In this document: positions 20,232-30,019 of the stretch, in pieces | Numbering within the stretch: the stretch's first letter is position 1 | Layout: the number at the start of each line of letters is the position of its first letter | Assembly: GCA_048213135.1 (NCBI GenBank) | Contig: PS015010.1 | Coordinates: 930,001-994,000 of the forward strand | DNA length: 64,000 bases | From: Reclinomonas americana ATCC 50394 | Lineage: Eukaryota | Reading direction: 5' to 3' | The notes under the pieces: generated by a model | What the model was told of the DNA's origin: nothing | Seen by the model: the letters and a program-made list of their open reading frames with translations, nothing else | Database searches by the model: none | Program-made: the position numbers and the translations under genes

Positions 20232-20351
20232 TTAATTACACTGTCCCAGCAGGAAATAGATCAGTATAAACAGCAGTATCGTACTTAAACATCCACCGCC
20301 CAGTCGTTTGGCGCCATAAGCTGCAATCAGTCCCCTTACCAGTTTATTCAT
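20232..20351 (-). CDS. Small membrane protein (39 aa), below the ORF-track cut-off
   Basis: MNKLVRGLIAAYGAKRLGGGCLSTILLFILIYFLLGQCN*; fills the intergenic gap; one TM helix. Confidence 0.7.
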   Translation of the reverse strand: MNKLVRGLIAAYGAKRLGGGCLSTILLFILIYFLLGQCN

Positions 20352-20427
20352 CTTTCTTTTTTTAAGAATCAATAAAAAATCGTGCCACCCTAATAATCCT
20401 TAATTTTGCGGGCAAGAATATTTAACT

Positions 20428-20880
20428 ATGAGCGATATACAATTGACCAAAGGAGAGATCCATACCAATAAAGGCGTAATGACATTTGAATTATATGACG
20501 ATGATGCGCCCATTGCTGCTGCCAACTTCAAAAAACTGGCAAACGAAGGCTTTTATAACGGCCTTAGTTTTCACCGTGTGATACCCGACTTCATGATACA
20601 GGGCGGTTGCCCTGACGGAAGGGGTACCGGCGGACCAGGTTATACCATTCCCTGCGAACTGACCGGCAGCAAACAGGTACACGACAGGGGTATTATGTCG
20701 ATGGCCCACCGCGGACGCAACACCGGCGGCTCGCAGTTCTTCATCTGTCACAACCGCAGCAATACCAAACACCTCGATGGCGTTCATACCTGTTTTGGAA
20801 AGATCACCGGCGGACTGGACGTGATCGACGATATCAGGGCAGGGGATACCATGGATAAGGTCATCATCCTGGCGGATTAA
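20428..20880 (+). CDS. Cyclophilin-type peptidyl-prolyl isomerase (cytoplasmic)
   Basis: [33 protein letters not shown]. Confidence 0.95.
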   Translation: MSDIQLTKGEIHTNKGVMTFELYDDDAPIAAANFKKLANEGFYNGLSFHRVIPDFMIQGGCPDGRGTGGPGYTIPCELTGSKQVHDRGIMSMAHRGRNTGGSQFFICHNRSNTKHLDGVHTCFGKITGGLDVIDDIRAGDTMDKVIILAD

Positions 20881-20960
20881 GCACATTTTTTTCACACCTG
20901 TCAGTAAAGGGGCAACGCCTTCTTTATATTATAGTACTTTTAAATAGTAAAATTACTGAC

Positions 20961-22097
20961 ATGGTTCGTGTTTCTCCGAAGCGGGTTTTACTATTTGGTT
21001 ACCTCTTGCTGCTGTTCACCGGTGCCCGGGCTCAGCCCAATATCACGCCGGCATTGGCTCCGCAGGTATTTGCCGGTATTGAAGTAGGCTCCAAAGGCGT
21101 GAAAATGACGATAGTGGAATCCGGCAGGAGCGGAAGTGGCATCACCACGGTAAAAGACACATCTGTCAACACCGATTTCATTTCCTTTACCCAACCCGCT
21201 TACCAGTCGACCCTGGCGGGGCTCAGCAAACTGTATGAAGAGGCCAGGACCGGGTATAATATTCCCTCCGATCATATTTTCACGGCCATCAGCAGCGGGG
21301 TTAAAATACAGGCCGATAAGGAAAGCCGCAACAACTGGATCGATCAGCTGATCAGCGCTTTCAAAAACAATATCCGCGAACCCGACCGTAAAGTGACCGT
21401 TGTGGATGTAGTGGAAGAAGCCCGCCTGTCGCACCTCGGCATCATTCCCGACCAGCGCCGTTATAATACTTTCCTTATCGACATCGGCAGCGGTAATACC
21501 AAAGGCGGTTATTTTCCAAAGAACAATACCAAAGACCTTAAACTGTTCCAGCTCACCTGGGGTACCAAAAGTACGGGCAACGCTACGGAAAAGAGATGCA
21601 TTGATGATAAGGGCATTCCCAATTATTACAAGCAACTGCAGCGGGTATTGCTGGGTGCAGAAGATGACGAGATCAGTTATGCTGTAAATGCCAGCGGCGC
21701 TTACCCGCTGAGCGATAATGTGGCATTCAGCGGCGGTATTGCCTGGTCGCTGGCTACACTGATGTATCCTGAACTGATTGATCAGGCCGTAGTGCCCGTG
21801 AGTTACGACGATATGATCAAGTTCAATGACAGGATACTGAATGCTTATACCACTTTGTCGGATTACTATATCACACATACGATAGTGGAGAACACTGCCG
21901 ACACAGCTATTGTAGCCAAAGAAGTGAAACGCGTGAACCAGGTCTTTGATCAGAAAGCATTGCTGGCGGGTACCGGGCTTATGCTGAAGATCATGCGGCA
22001 GTTCGTTAGTATTTATGAGCGCAAACAATTTTTCCTGGTGAAGAACGGCCAGGTAGGATGGATATCGGCTTTTGTAAATGAACGTATCAAAAAATAA
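20961..22097 (+). CDS. Exported ASKHA-fold protein, Ppx/GppA-like
   Basis: GIEVGSKGVK, EEARL, IDIGSGNTKGG, FSGG; N-terminal signal peptide. Confidence 0.7.
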   Translation: MVRVSPKRVLLFGYLLLLFTGARAQPNITPALAPQVFAGIEVGSKGVKMTIVESGRSGSGITTVKDTSVNTDFISFTQPAYQSTLAGLSKLYEEARTGYNIPSDHIFTAISSGVKIQADKESRNNWIDQLISAFKNNIREPDRKVTVVDVVEEARLSHLGIIPDQRRYNTFLIDIGSGNTKGGYFPKNNTKDLKLFQLTWGTKSTGNATEKRCIDDKGIPNYYKQLQRVLLGAEDDEISYAVNASGAYPLSDNVAFSGGIAWSLATLMYPELIDQAVVPVSYDDMIKFNDRILNAYTTLSDYYITHTIVENTADTAIVAKEVKRVNQVFDQKALLAGTGLMLKIMRQFVSIYERKQFFLVKNGQVGWISAFVNERIKK

Positions 22098-22113
22098 AGA
22101 GGGGTAAGGGATT

Positions 22114-23049
22114 ATGAAAAGTTCGAACTCATTGATGTTACTGCTGGTGTCGCTGCTGCTGGTGATCGTATCAGGTATATTGCTATGGACATGGGGATAC
22201 CGCGTCTATAATAAAAACGACAATGGCACTGTGAAAACGCAACCCGCCGATTCCGCTGCCATCGCCCGGGTGGTAAGGGATTCCCTTCAGCAACAATACA
22301 CCGCCACTTTACAGGAGCTCAATACACAGATCGATTCTACTTTATATGGTTCCGATTCTCTCCGCGGTCAGCTCAGCGCCAAACTGGAAGAGTTCTTTCG
22401 CCTGCGTGACGAGATCAATGAATTGCTGAAAGATAAAAGCGGGAGTTTTAAACAGGACCTTGCCAAACAAAAGATCATTGAACTGCAGATCAAAGTGCAG
22501 GAACTGCGTAACCGCAATGCTGATGTAGAGCAGGAGAATAAAAAACTGAATGCTTTACTGGCACAACTTAAAGACCTGGAAAAGAATAACCCCGGACAGG
22601 ATAATGCCCGGCGTGTATCCTACGACAACAGGTCTGCGGAAAACAATATTCCTGTATCGGCGGTATTCACGGCGAGTGACCTGAGGCTTTCCGCGGTGAT
22701 GACCGACAATGACCGGGAAACAGAAACCTCATCTGCCCAGCAAACAGAAAAACTGGTGGGCTCTTTCGTGGTACGCAATGCAGGCGCCGTCAACAACAGC
22801 GAGATCATGGTAGTGGTGGTGCAGCCAGATGGCCGTGTGCTGAAAGGTTCCGCGTGGGAATCGGGCATCTTCAGTACGCCGGAAGGGAAGAAGATCTACT
22901 CCTATAAACTCAGTTTCGATTATTCAAGAGGGGAGTCCAAAAAACTACTGTTCTCGCTCAGCGCCGATAAATACCAGAAAGGCAATTACATCATGCAGGT
23001 ATATCACAACGGATCACTTATCGGTAAACTGTCCAAATCATTATCCTGA
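22114..23049 (+). CDS. Membrane-anchored coiled-coil hypothetical protein
   Basis: N-terminal TM, long heptad region, beta-rich C-terminal domain. Confidence 0.75.
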   Translation: MKSSNSLMLLLVSLLLVIVSGILLWTWGYRVYNKNDNGTVKTQPADSAAIARVVRDSLQQQYTATLQELNTQIDSTLYGSDSLRGQLSAKLEEFFRLRDEINELLKDKSGSFKQDLAKQKIIELQIKVQELRNRNADVEQENKKLNALLAQLKDLEKNNPGQDNARRVSYDNRSAENNIPVSAVFTASDLRLSAVMTDNDRETETSSAQQTEKLVGSFVVRNAGAVNNSEIMVVVVQPDGRVLKGSAWESGIFSTPEGKKIYSYKLSFDYSRGESKKLLFSLSADKYQKGNYIMQVYHNGSLIGKLSKSLS

Positions 23050-23304
23050 CCAGGTATTTGCCTGTAGAATAAGTACTACAAAAGAATTGTGCTATCGCTA
23101 CAAAAGGATTTGAATTTTGTGTGCAATTTTGCATTACAATAATTCAATATCCGATCAGGAACCCCAATGTTCAAGCATGGGAAACTTACTGAACCTTCAG
23201 CGATGAAGGTTTCTTTATTTTATACCCATAAAAAAGCGGCAGCTACCGAAAAGGCTGTTTAAGCCTGGTGATAACTACCGCTACCTGATGATATCTTTTA
23301 CTGC

Positions 23305-24585
23305 TTAGTTGCCTCTTCTTCCGAAACCACCGCCGCCATTACCGCGGTTGGGTCTTTCCATATTACTGTTGGCATTACCTCCGCCGCGGGGTTGTCCGCG
23401 ATCGAAGGAAGGTTCTCTGCGTTCCATCTGCCGCTGGGGTGTGGAAGGCATTTGCCGGGGCTGTTCTGCCGGGCGTTGCTGTTCCATTCTTCTTTCCGGC
23501 TGACGTTGTGGTTGCTGAGGCTGCTGGAATACAGGCTGCTCCTGTCTTGGCTGCCGCGGCGTTTGTACATCCGGCTGGCGTTGCGGGCTGTTGTTATCAT
23601 TCCTTCTCTCGAACTGGCGGCGTGGCTGATCCTGCGAAGGCGTGGTGCCGGGATTCGCATTGTTATCGGGCCTGCGCCAGTCGCGGTTGTTGCCATTATT
23701 GTTTCCGTTGTTACCGGGACCGTTGTTATCCGGGCGCCTTCTGTCGAAACGGCCACCGCCATTATTATTGTTGCCGTTGTTATTGTTGTCATCGCGGCGT
23801 TCAAAACGGCGCTGCGCATTATCGTCACGCCTGTCGTTATTCCGCCCGTTATTATCATTGTTATTGTCAAAACGGTTATTGTCTCTCCTGCGGTTGCCGT
23901 CGTTCATGGCCAGGCGTTCGGGCCTTCCGCGTTCCATCCTTCTTTCCTCTACACGGGTACGGGTGTAACGTTCCACCTCACGTCTTTCCGGACCGCGTGC
24001 AAAACGGTCACGGCGACCATCACCCCCATAATAGTTATTGATCACTACCGCGTTGCGGAAATTATTGTTCCTGCCGCCGGAGATATAGTAACGGTTGATG
24101 TAGGGATCACATATCCTTGCCCTGGGAACAAAGGTCCACCGGTTATAAGGTATGCTTCCGAAGGAAACATTGACGTTAAGACCAAAACCCAGCGGGGCCC
24201 ACCCGTAGTAATCGTCATAGCTGCTCCAGCTCACCCATGCGGGTGCCCATTCATAACCGGGTATCCACATCCATCCGCCATAGAGGGGATCGAATTCCCA
24301 CCGGCCATAGTGGAACGGCGCCCAGCCCCAGTCATAATCCGATACCCAGCCCCAGCCTTCGTCGGTATACTCCCAGCGGCCGTTGCTGCTGTAGGGTTGG
24401 AAGCCGGCTTCGGGATATACCCATACCTGGCCGTAACGCGGTGTGTGCACCCATCGTCCGTAGGGACTGAGGTCATTGTAAAAAAGGGAGAAACTGACAT
24501 TAACCGACTGGGCCTTTGTTTCCGTACTTACAGAAAGACCAAGTGCTAACGCCAGTGCAATCATTAAAAGTTTTATGTGTTTCAT
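23305..24585 (-). CDS. DUF6600-like secreted protein with long disordered tail
   Basis: LSPYGRW, WGWAPFHYGRW, WAPAWVSW, GWAPL; N/R/Q-rich tail. Confidence 0.85.
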   Translation of the reverse strand: MKHIKLLMIALALALGLSVSTETKAQSVNVSFSLFYNDLSPYGRWVHTPRYGQVWVYPEAGFQPYSSNGRWEYTDEGWGWVSDYDWGWAPFHYGRWEFDPLYGGWMWIPGYEWAPAWVSWSSYDDYYGWAPLGFGLNVNVSFGSIPYNRWTFVPRARICDPYINRYYISGGRNNNFRNAVVINNYYGGDGRRDRFARGPERREVERYTRTRVEERRMERGRPERLAMNDGNRRRDNNRFDNNNDNNGRNNDRRDDNAQRRFERRDDNNNNGNNNNGGGRFDRRRPDNNGPGNNGNNNGNNRDWRRPDNNANPGTTPSQDQPRRQFERRNDNNSPQRQPDVQTPRQPRQEQPVFQQPQQPQRQPERRMEQQRPAEQPRQMPSTPQRQMERREPSFDRGQPRGGGNANSNMERPNRGNGGGGFGRRGN

Positions 24586-24651
24586 CGTACTTGTGTTTGA
24601 TGATTAAATACAAAATGTATGCTATGTCTGCCAGCACTTGTTAAAGAAAGA

Positions 24652-24666
24652 TCAATACTTATGCCA
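24652..24666 (-). promoter_or_regulatory. Sigma54-like -24/-12 element
   Basis: Minus strand TGGCATAAGTATTGA (GG-N10-GA) upstream of 24585. Confidence 0.4.
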
Positions 24667-24799
24667 TTAACAACCGATTCACTATAGTGATCATTTTCAA
24701 AATGTTAAAGTGGAATGATTTTGGCACGTATAGTAAAGAGAATGACGTTTGCTGTTAAACAGTACATCATTATCCCGGTCAAATTAAAAATGAACGAAT

Positions 24800-25279
24800 A
24801 TGAAATACTTATTAAAAATATACAGGTCATTGATCCTTGTACTGATCATGATTTCCGGTGGATTAAACGTTGCTGCCCAGGCAGATAAAATCGGCAATAT
24901 GTTAGAGGAAAAACGCTTTGTTTTTAAAGCCGAAACCGCCATACCTATGAGCCTGCCCTCACGTAATCTTTCTTACGGATACGACCTGCAGCTCAATGGC
25001 GCTAATGTAGTGGCTTACCTGCCGTATTTCGGAACATCTTATTCCGCGCCGGTCAATCCTGCCGATAATACCCTGCAGTTTACTTCGGTACAGTACGGCT
25101 ACAAGATCAGCAGCCGTAAAGGACGCTGGGAAGTGACCATCACACCATCCGACGCCACCGATGTACGGGACATGCAGCTGACGGTATTTACCAACGGGCG
25201 GGCCACCCTGCAGGTGAACAGTACCCGCCGGTCGCCGATCAGCTTCAACGGGTATATTGATGCTTATGGAAGTAAGTAA
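24800..25279 (+). CDS. DUF4251-like secreted protein
   Basis: FVFKA, AYLPYFG, NGRATLQV, ISFNGYI. Confidence 0.8.
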   Translation: MKYLLKIYRSLILVLIMISGGLNVAAQADKIGNMLEEKRFVFKAETAIPMSLPSRNLSYGYDLQLNGANVVAYLPYFGTSYSAPVNPADNTLQFTSVQYGYKISSRKGRWEVTITPSDATDVRDMQLTVFTNGRATLQVNSTRRSPISFNGYIDAYGSK

Positions 25280-25362
25280 CAGGGTAGTAGTTAGTCTTTA
25301 GTAATTGGTCATTAGTAATTAGACATTACTTACCCTATCTTTATTGCTGTAAAACTTTCTTC

Positions 25363-26919
25363 ATGAAAAAAACAGCATTCCTGTTAGCCATAAGCGTACT
25401 GCTTTTGGGTAATTCACTTTTTTCGCAACCCATCAGCCCGGCGCAGATCGACAGCCTTACGGAAAAAGTACGAACTGCATTTGATGTGCCCGGTATCGCG
25501 GTAGCCGTTATCAAAGACGGTAAAATATTGCATGCCAAAGGTTATGGCGTTCGTACCCTCGGCAAACCGGAACGCGTGGATGCGAATACCTTATTCGGCA
25601 TCGCTTCCAACAGTAAAGCGTTTACCGCCGCGGCGCTCGGTATGCTGGTAGATGAAGGCAAACTGAAATGGAACGATAAAGTCACCGATTATATTCCCGG
25701 GTTTAAAATGTTTGACCCGTTCGTTACGGCAGAATTCAATATCAGGGACCTGCTCACACACAGGAGCGGGCTGGGCCTGGGTGCAGGCGACCTGATGATG
25801 TTTCCCGACTCCAGCAATTTTACCCGAAACGACATCATTCATAACCTGCGTTACCTGAAACCGGTATCCTCCTTCCGTACACAATTTGATTACGACAATA
25901 ACCTGTACATCGTTGCCGGTGAGGTAGTCGCCAAAGCATCGGGCATGAGCTGGGAAGAATTTATAGAGAAACGCATCATGCAGCCGCTGGGTATGACACA
26001 GAGCGCCGCTTCCATCTACCGTTTAAAGAACAAGAGCAACATCATCAGCGCCCATGCACCGGTGAATGGTAAGGTAGAACCCATCCGTATGGACTGGAGC
26101 GAGACCGCCGATGCCGCAGGAGGTATCTACAGCAACCTCACGGACCTGTCTAAATGGGTGATCATGCAAATGGACCATGGCAAATACGGCGAAGGTAAAA
26201 CCCTGTTCAGTGATGATGTGCATGAAGATATGTGGGCGCCGCAAACCATTATCGACGTCCGTGGCCCATCGCCTTATAATACACACTTCGCCAGTTACGG
26301 GCTGGGCTGGTTCCTCAGCGATGTAAAAGGATACAAACAGGTAAGCCATACCGGCGGACTGGCGGGTATTGTAACGCAGGTAACGCTTATCCCCGAACTG
26401 AAACTCGGCATCATCGTACTCACGAACCAGCAGTCAGGCGCCGCCTTCACAGCTATTACCAATACCATTAAAGACGCTTATTTAGGTGTTACCGGTATTG
26501 ACCGCGTAAAACAGCAACGCGACAGGGTAACAGCCAATGAAGCTAACGCGAAAAAGATCACCGACAGCATCTGGCGGGTGATTGATATGCAGATGAAAGT
26601 GACAGCGGGCAGGCCCGACATCAACAATTACCTGGGCGTTTATACCGATAATTGGTTTGGAGACATCATGGTATCGATGAAAAATGGCAAACTTCGTTTT
26701 GATTCAAAAAGATCGCCGCGGCTTACCGGTGAAATGTTATACTATAAGGCCAACACCTTTGTTGTAAAATGGGACGACCGCAGTATGGATGCTGATGCCT
26801 GGATGGAATTTGAACTCGACAGGGAAGGGAAGGCCACCGGTTTAAAGATGAGCGCCATATCGCCACTGACCGATTTCAGCTTCGATTTCCATGACCTCGA
26901 TCTTAAAAGAAAAAAATAA
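25363..26919 (+). CDS. Serine hydrolase (beta-lactamase/AmpC-like) with DUF3471-like C-terminus
   Basis: SNSK, LLTHRSG, YDN, HTGG. Confidence 0.92.
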   Translation: MKKTAFLLAISVLLLGNSLFSQPISPAQIDSLTEKVRTAFDVPGIAVAVIKDGKILHAKGYGVRTLGKPERVDANTLFGIASNSKAFTAAALGMLVDEGKLKWNDKVTDYIPGFKMFDPFVTAEFNIRDLLTHRSGLGLGAGDLMMFPDSSNFTRNDIIHNLRYLKPVSSFRTQFDYDNNLYIVAGEVVAKASGMSWEEFIEKRIMQPLGMTQSAASIYRLKNKSNIISAHAPVNGKVEPIRMDWSETADAAGGIYSNLTDLSKWVIMQMDHGKYGEGKTLFSDDVHEDMWAPQTIIDVRGPSPYNTHFASYGLGWFLSDVKGYKQVSHTGGLAGIVTQVTLIPELKLGIIVLTNQQSGAAFTAITNTIKDAYLGVTGIDRVKQQRDRVTANEANAKKITDSIWRVIDMQMKVTAGRPDINNYLGVYTDNWFGDIMVSMKNGKLRFDSKRSPRLTGEMLYYKANTFVVKWDDRSMDADAWMEFELDREGKATGLKMSAISPLTDFSFDFHDLDLKRKK

Positions 26920-27398
26920 TGAAGGCCGCCACCGTACACGAGTTAAAAGCGGAACTGTCGGCCCTGCCGGCCAAACAACTGGTGGAACTCTGTTCAAGAC
27001 TGGCCCGTTTCAAAACAGAAAATAAAGAACTGCTCACTTACCTGTTGTTTGAAGCACATGATGAGCCCGGCTTTGTAAAAGGTGTTAAGGCGGAGATCGA
27101 CGAACTGTTTGCCGGTATCAATAGTTCGCAACTGTATTTTGCCAAGAAAAGTTTACGAAAGATCGCCCGCGTCATCAGTAAATACTGCCGTTACAGCGCC
27201 AATAAGGAAACTGAACTGCAACTGCGCATCTACTTCTGCCAGTGCCTGAAAGACTCGGATATACCGGTGAAAAAAAATACCGTCATTCACAATCTTTACC
27301 TGGCACAGTTGAAAAAGACCGGCACATTGATTGCTGCCCTTCACGAGGACCTTCAATATGAATACCAGCGGGAGTTGAACGCGTTAGGTAACATTTAA
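26919..27398 (+). CDS. Conserved hypothetical protein
   Basis: ENKELLTYLLFEA, KKSLRK, LHEDLQY; coupled to the upstream gene. Confidence 0.8.
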   Translation: MKAATVHELKAELSALPAKQLVELCSRLARFKTENKELLTYLLFEAHDEPGFVKGVKAEIDELFAGINSSQLYFAKKSLRKIARVISKYCRYSANKETELQLRIYFCQCLKDSDIPVKKNTVIHNLYLAQLKKTGTLIAALHEDLQYEYQRELNALGNI

Positions 27399-27428
27399 CC
27401 GCATTGATACGTATATAAAAGAAAAGCC

Positions 27429-29294
27429 ATGATCCGACTACTTCTTTCCTGCGCTGCTTTCACTTTTTGCAGCAGCGCTTTTGCACAATTGTATATGCCC
27501 CGCGATGTTAAACAGGCATTTGCCAACGGTACCCGTTCAGCCGACGGCCGGCCCGGGAAAAAATACTGGCAGAATCACGGACGTTATGATATCAGCATCA
27601 CCGCAGCGCCGCCATCGCGTACCGTGAAGGGGACAGAGTCGATCACCTATTTCAACGAAAGCCCGGATACACTGTCCTCACTCGTATTCCGCATCATCCA
27701 GAACATACACAAACCCGGCGCCGTACGGAATGGCATGGCATCGGAAGCTTACCTTACACCCGGCGTGACCATCGACGGCTTTACCGTTAACGGCGTCAAA
27801 GTGCGGTGGGGTAATGGTTCGGGTACAGCGCAACGGGTAAACCTGCCACAGGCACTGCTTCCCAAATCCTCCGTGCAAATGACTGTCGACTGGCATTTTG
27901 ATGCTTCCCTCGAAAGCGGCAGGGAAGGTATGATCGATTCCACCACTTTCTTCCTCGCTTACTTTTACCCGAGGGTATCGGTATATGATGATTACAGCGG
28001 CTGGGACAGGATGGACTTTACCGACCAGCAGGAGTTTTATAACGACTTCAACGATTACCAGCTTACGGTGAATGTGCCAAAGAACTATATTGTATGGGCT
28101 ACCGGCGACCTGCAGAATGCCGGGGAAGTATTACAACCCGAATATGCCAAACGGTTCGAAACATCGCTCACCAGCGACGCCGTAATACATGTAGCTACCG
28201 CTGCCGACCTGGTGGGTAAAAAAGTGACCGCACAAAAAGAAATGAACGCCTGGAAATGGTCGTACAATAATATTTCAGATGTGGCCCTGGCCTTCAGCGA
28301 TCATTTTGTATGGGACGCCGGCAGTACCATTGTAGATGCCGCCACCCGCCGCCGTGCTTCGGTACAGGCCGCTTATAATGATACCGCTGCTGATTTCCGC
28401 GAAATGGTTACTTATGGCAAACATGCGCTCAGCTGGTTATCCGCCAAATGGCCGGGAGTGCCTTACCCGTTCCCCAAAACAACCGTTGTGCAGGGATATG
28501 CCGGTATGGAATATCCCATGATGGCCAATGACGAAACCTACGGCGACCCGGTATTCTCCAGGTTTGTAGCCGAGCACGAGATCGCCCACAGCTGGTTCCC
28601 GTTCTATATGGGTATCAACGAATCGAGATATGCCTTTATGGATGAAGGATGGGCAACGGCTTTTGAATGGCTTATTGGTACGGAAGATCTTGGAAAAGAA
28701 ACCGCCAATGGGTTCTTTAAACAGTTTCGTGTAGATGGCTGGGTAAACAATCCATCCGCGGAAGGCGACCTGCCCATCATTACACCCGCCAACCTGCTGC
28801 GAAACAATGCTTATGGTAACAATGCCTATGGCAAACCGGCACTGGGTTACCTGGCACTGAAAGATATGCTGGGCGATGAGCTGTTCCGCAAGTGCCTGCA
28901 CGGGTATATGGACAGGTGGCATGGCAAACACCCCATACCCTGGGATTTTTTCAACAGTTTCAATTCCATCTCTGCGCAAAACCTCAACTGGTTCTGGAAC
29001 AGCTGGTTCTTCACTAATTATTACCCCGACCTGGCCGCCACGGAAATAAAAACTACCGGTAATGCTTATGCGCTGAAAGTGCGCAATATAGGCGGGTTGC
29101 CTGTTCCTTTTGATGTGGTGGTTACTTATAAAGACGGGACTTCCGCAACGCTGCACCAGTCTTCCATGATATGGAAAGCAAACGGGAAGGAAGCACTGGT
29201 AAAGATCAGTTCAGCCAAAAAAATAAGTAAACTGTATATTGATAACGGCATCTGGATGGATGCAGACGAAAGCAACAATACGCTGAAGCCTTAA
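27429..29294 (+). CDS. M1 family metallopeptidase
   Basis: GMEYPM, HEIAH...MDEG. Confidence 0.93.
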   Translation: MIRLLLSCAAFTFCSSAFAQLYMPRDVKQAFANGTRSADGRPGKKYWQNHGRYDISITAAPPSRTVKGTESITYFNESPDTLSSLVFRIIQNIHKPGAVRNGMASEAYLTPGVTIDGFTVNGVKVRWGNGSGTAQRVNLPQALLPKSSVQMTVDWHFDASLESGREGMIDSTTFFLAYFYPRVSVYDDYSGWDRMDFTDQQEFYNDFNDYQLTVNVPKNYIVWATGDLQNAGEVLQPEYAKRFETSLTSDAVIHVATAADLVGKKVTAQKEMNAWKWSYNNISDVALAFSDHFVWDAGSTIVDAATRRRASVQAAYNDTAADFREMVTYGKHALSWLSAKWPGVPYPFPKTTVVQGYAGMEYPMMANDETYGDPVFSRFVAEHEIAHSWFPFYMGINESRYAFMDEGWATAFEWLIGTEDLGKETANGFFKQFRVDGWVNNPSAEGDLPIITPANLLRNNAYGNNAYGKPALGYLALKDMLGDELFRKCLHGYMDRWHGKHPIPWDFFNSFNSISAQNLNWFWNSWFFTNYYPDLAATEIKTTGNAYALKVRNIGGLPVPFDVVVTYKDGTSATLHQSSMIWKANGKEALVKISSAKKISKLYIDNGIWMDADESNNTLKP

Positions 29295-29887
29295 TGACCG
29301 GGCGGTTGTTCCTGCTTCCTTTTTTCAATGCGCCTGTCGGGGATGAGCCACATGGCCGCAACAATGATGTAAAAGGCGAGACCGATCCTCGGATCAAGAA
29401 AAGCGAAGCCAATTCCTATAAGGTATAACACAACGGACAGGATGCCCTTGCGGTCTTTGCCCATCGCCAGGCCCAGCACAGAATTTTTGCCATGTATGGA
29501 AATAAGGCAACGGGCGAGAATATAGTAGGCCACACCTGCCATACAAAGCACAAAACCATAGATAACCACCGGCCACAGGGCAAAATGATTTTCCCCCATC
29601 CAGGCAGTAGCGAAAGGAACGAGCGACAGCCAGAACAGCAGGTGCGTATTGGCCCACAGTACAGCGCCATTCACTTCCGTTATGGTATGCAGCATATGGT
29701 GGTGATTGTTCCAGTAGATGCCGATGTAGATGAAACTGAGTACATAGCTCAGGAATACAGGCCAGATGGGTTTCAATGTGGCCAGGGTAGGCTCAATACC
29801 ATGTGGCACCTTCATCTCCAGTACCATGATTGTAATGATGATGGCCAGTACACCATCGCTGAAAGCTTCCAGTCTTCCTTTTCCCAT
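29291..29887 (-). CDS. TMEM175/DUF1211 family K+ channel-like protein
   Basis: RLEAFSDGVLAIIITIMVLE, WNNHH. Confidence 0.92.
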   Translation of the reverse strand: MGKGRLEAFSDGVLAIIITIMVLEMKVPHGIEPTLATLKPIWPVFLSYVLSFIYIGIYWNNHHHMLHTITEVNGAVLWANTHLLFWLSLVPFATAWMGENHFALWPVVIYGFVLCMAGVAYYILARCLISIHGKNSVLGLAMGKDRKGILSVVLYLIGIGFAFLDPRIGLAFYIIVAAMWLIPDRRIEKRKQEQPPGH

Positions 29888-30019
29888 ATGCGTTTTTTTG
29901 ATACCGCTAATGTAAGAAAATAAAACGCCGGCCCACGCCACTATTCTTTGTCTGCTGTATACACCGATGGGCTTTGTTGTCTATTTTTGTCCCGGTATAA
30001 AATACCAGGCCGGAACAAT

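Noticed and set aside
23298-24549. Long alternative-frame ORFs overlapping the DUF6600-like gene
   Set aside because: Shadow frames of a low-complexity coding region.
17590-26919. Beta-lactam resistance locus (BlaI/M56 plus serine hydrolase)
   Set aside because: The M56 protein lacks a penicillin-binding sensor domain and the hydrolase is a generic family member about 6 kb away.
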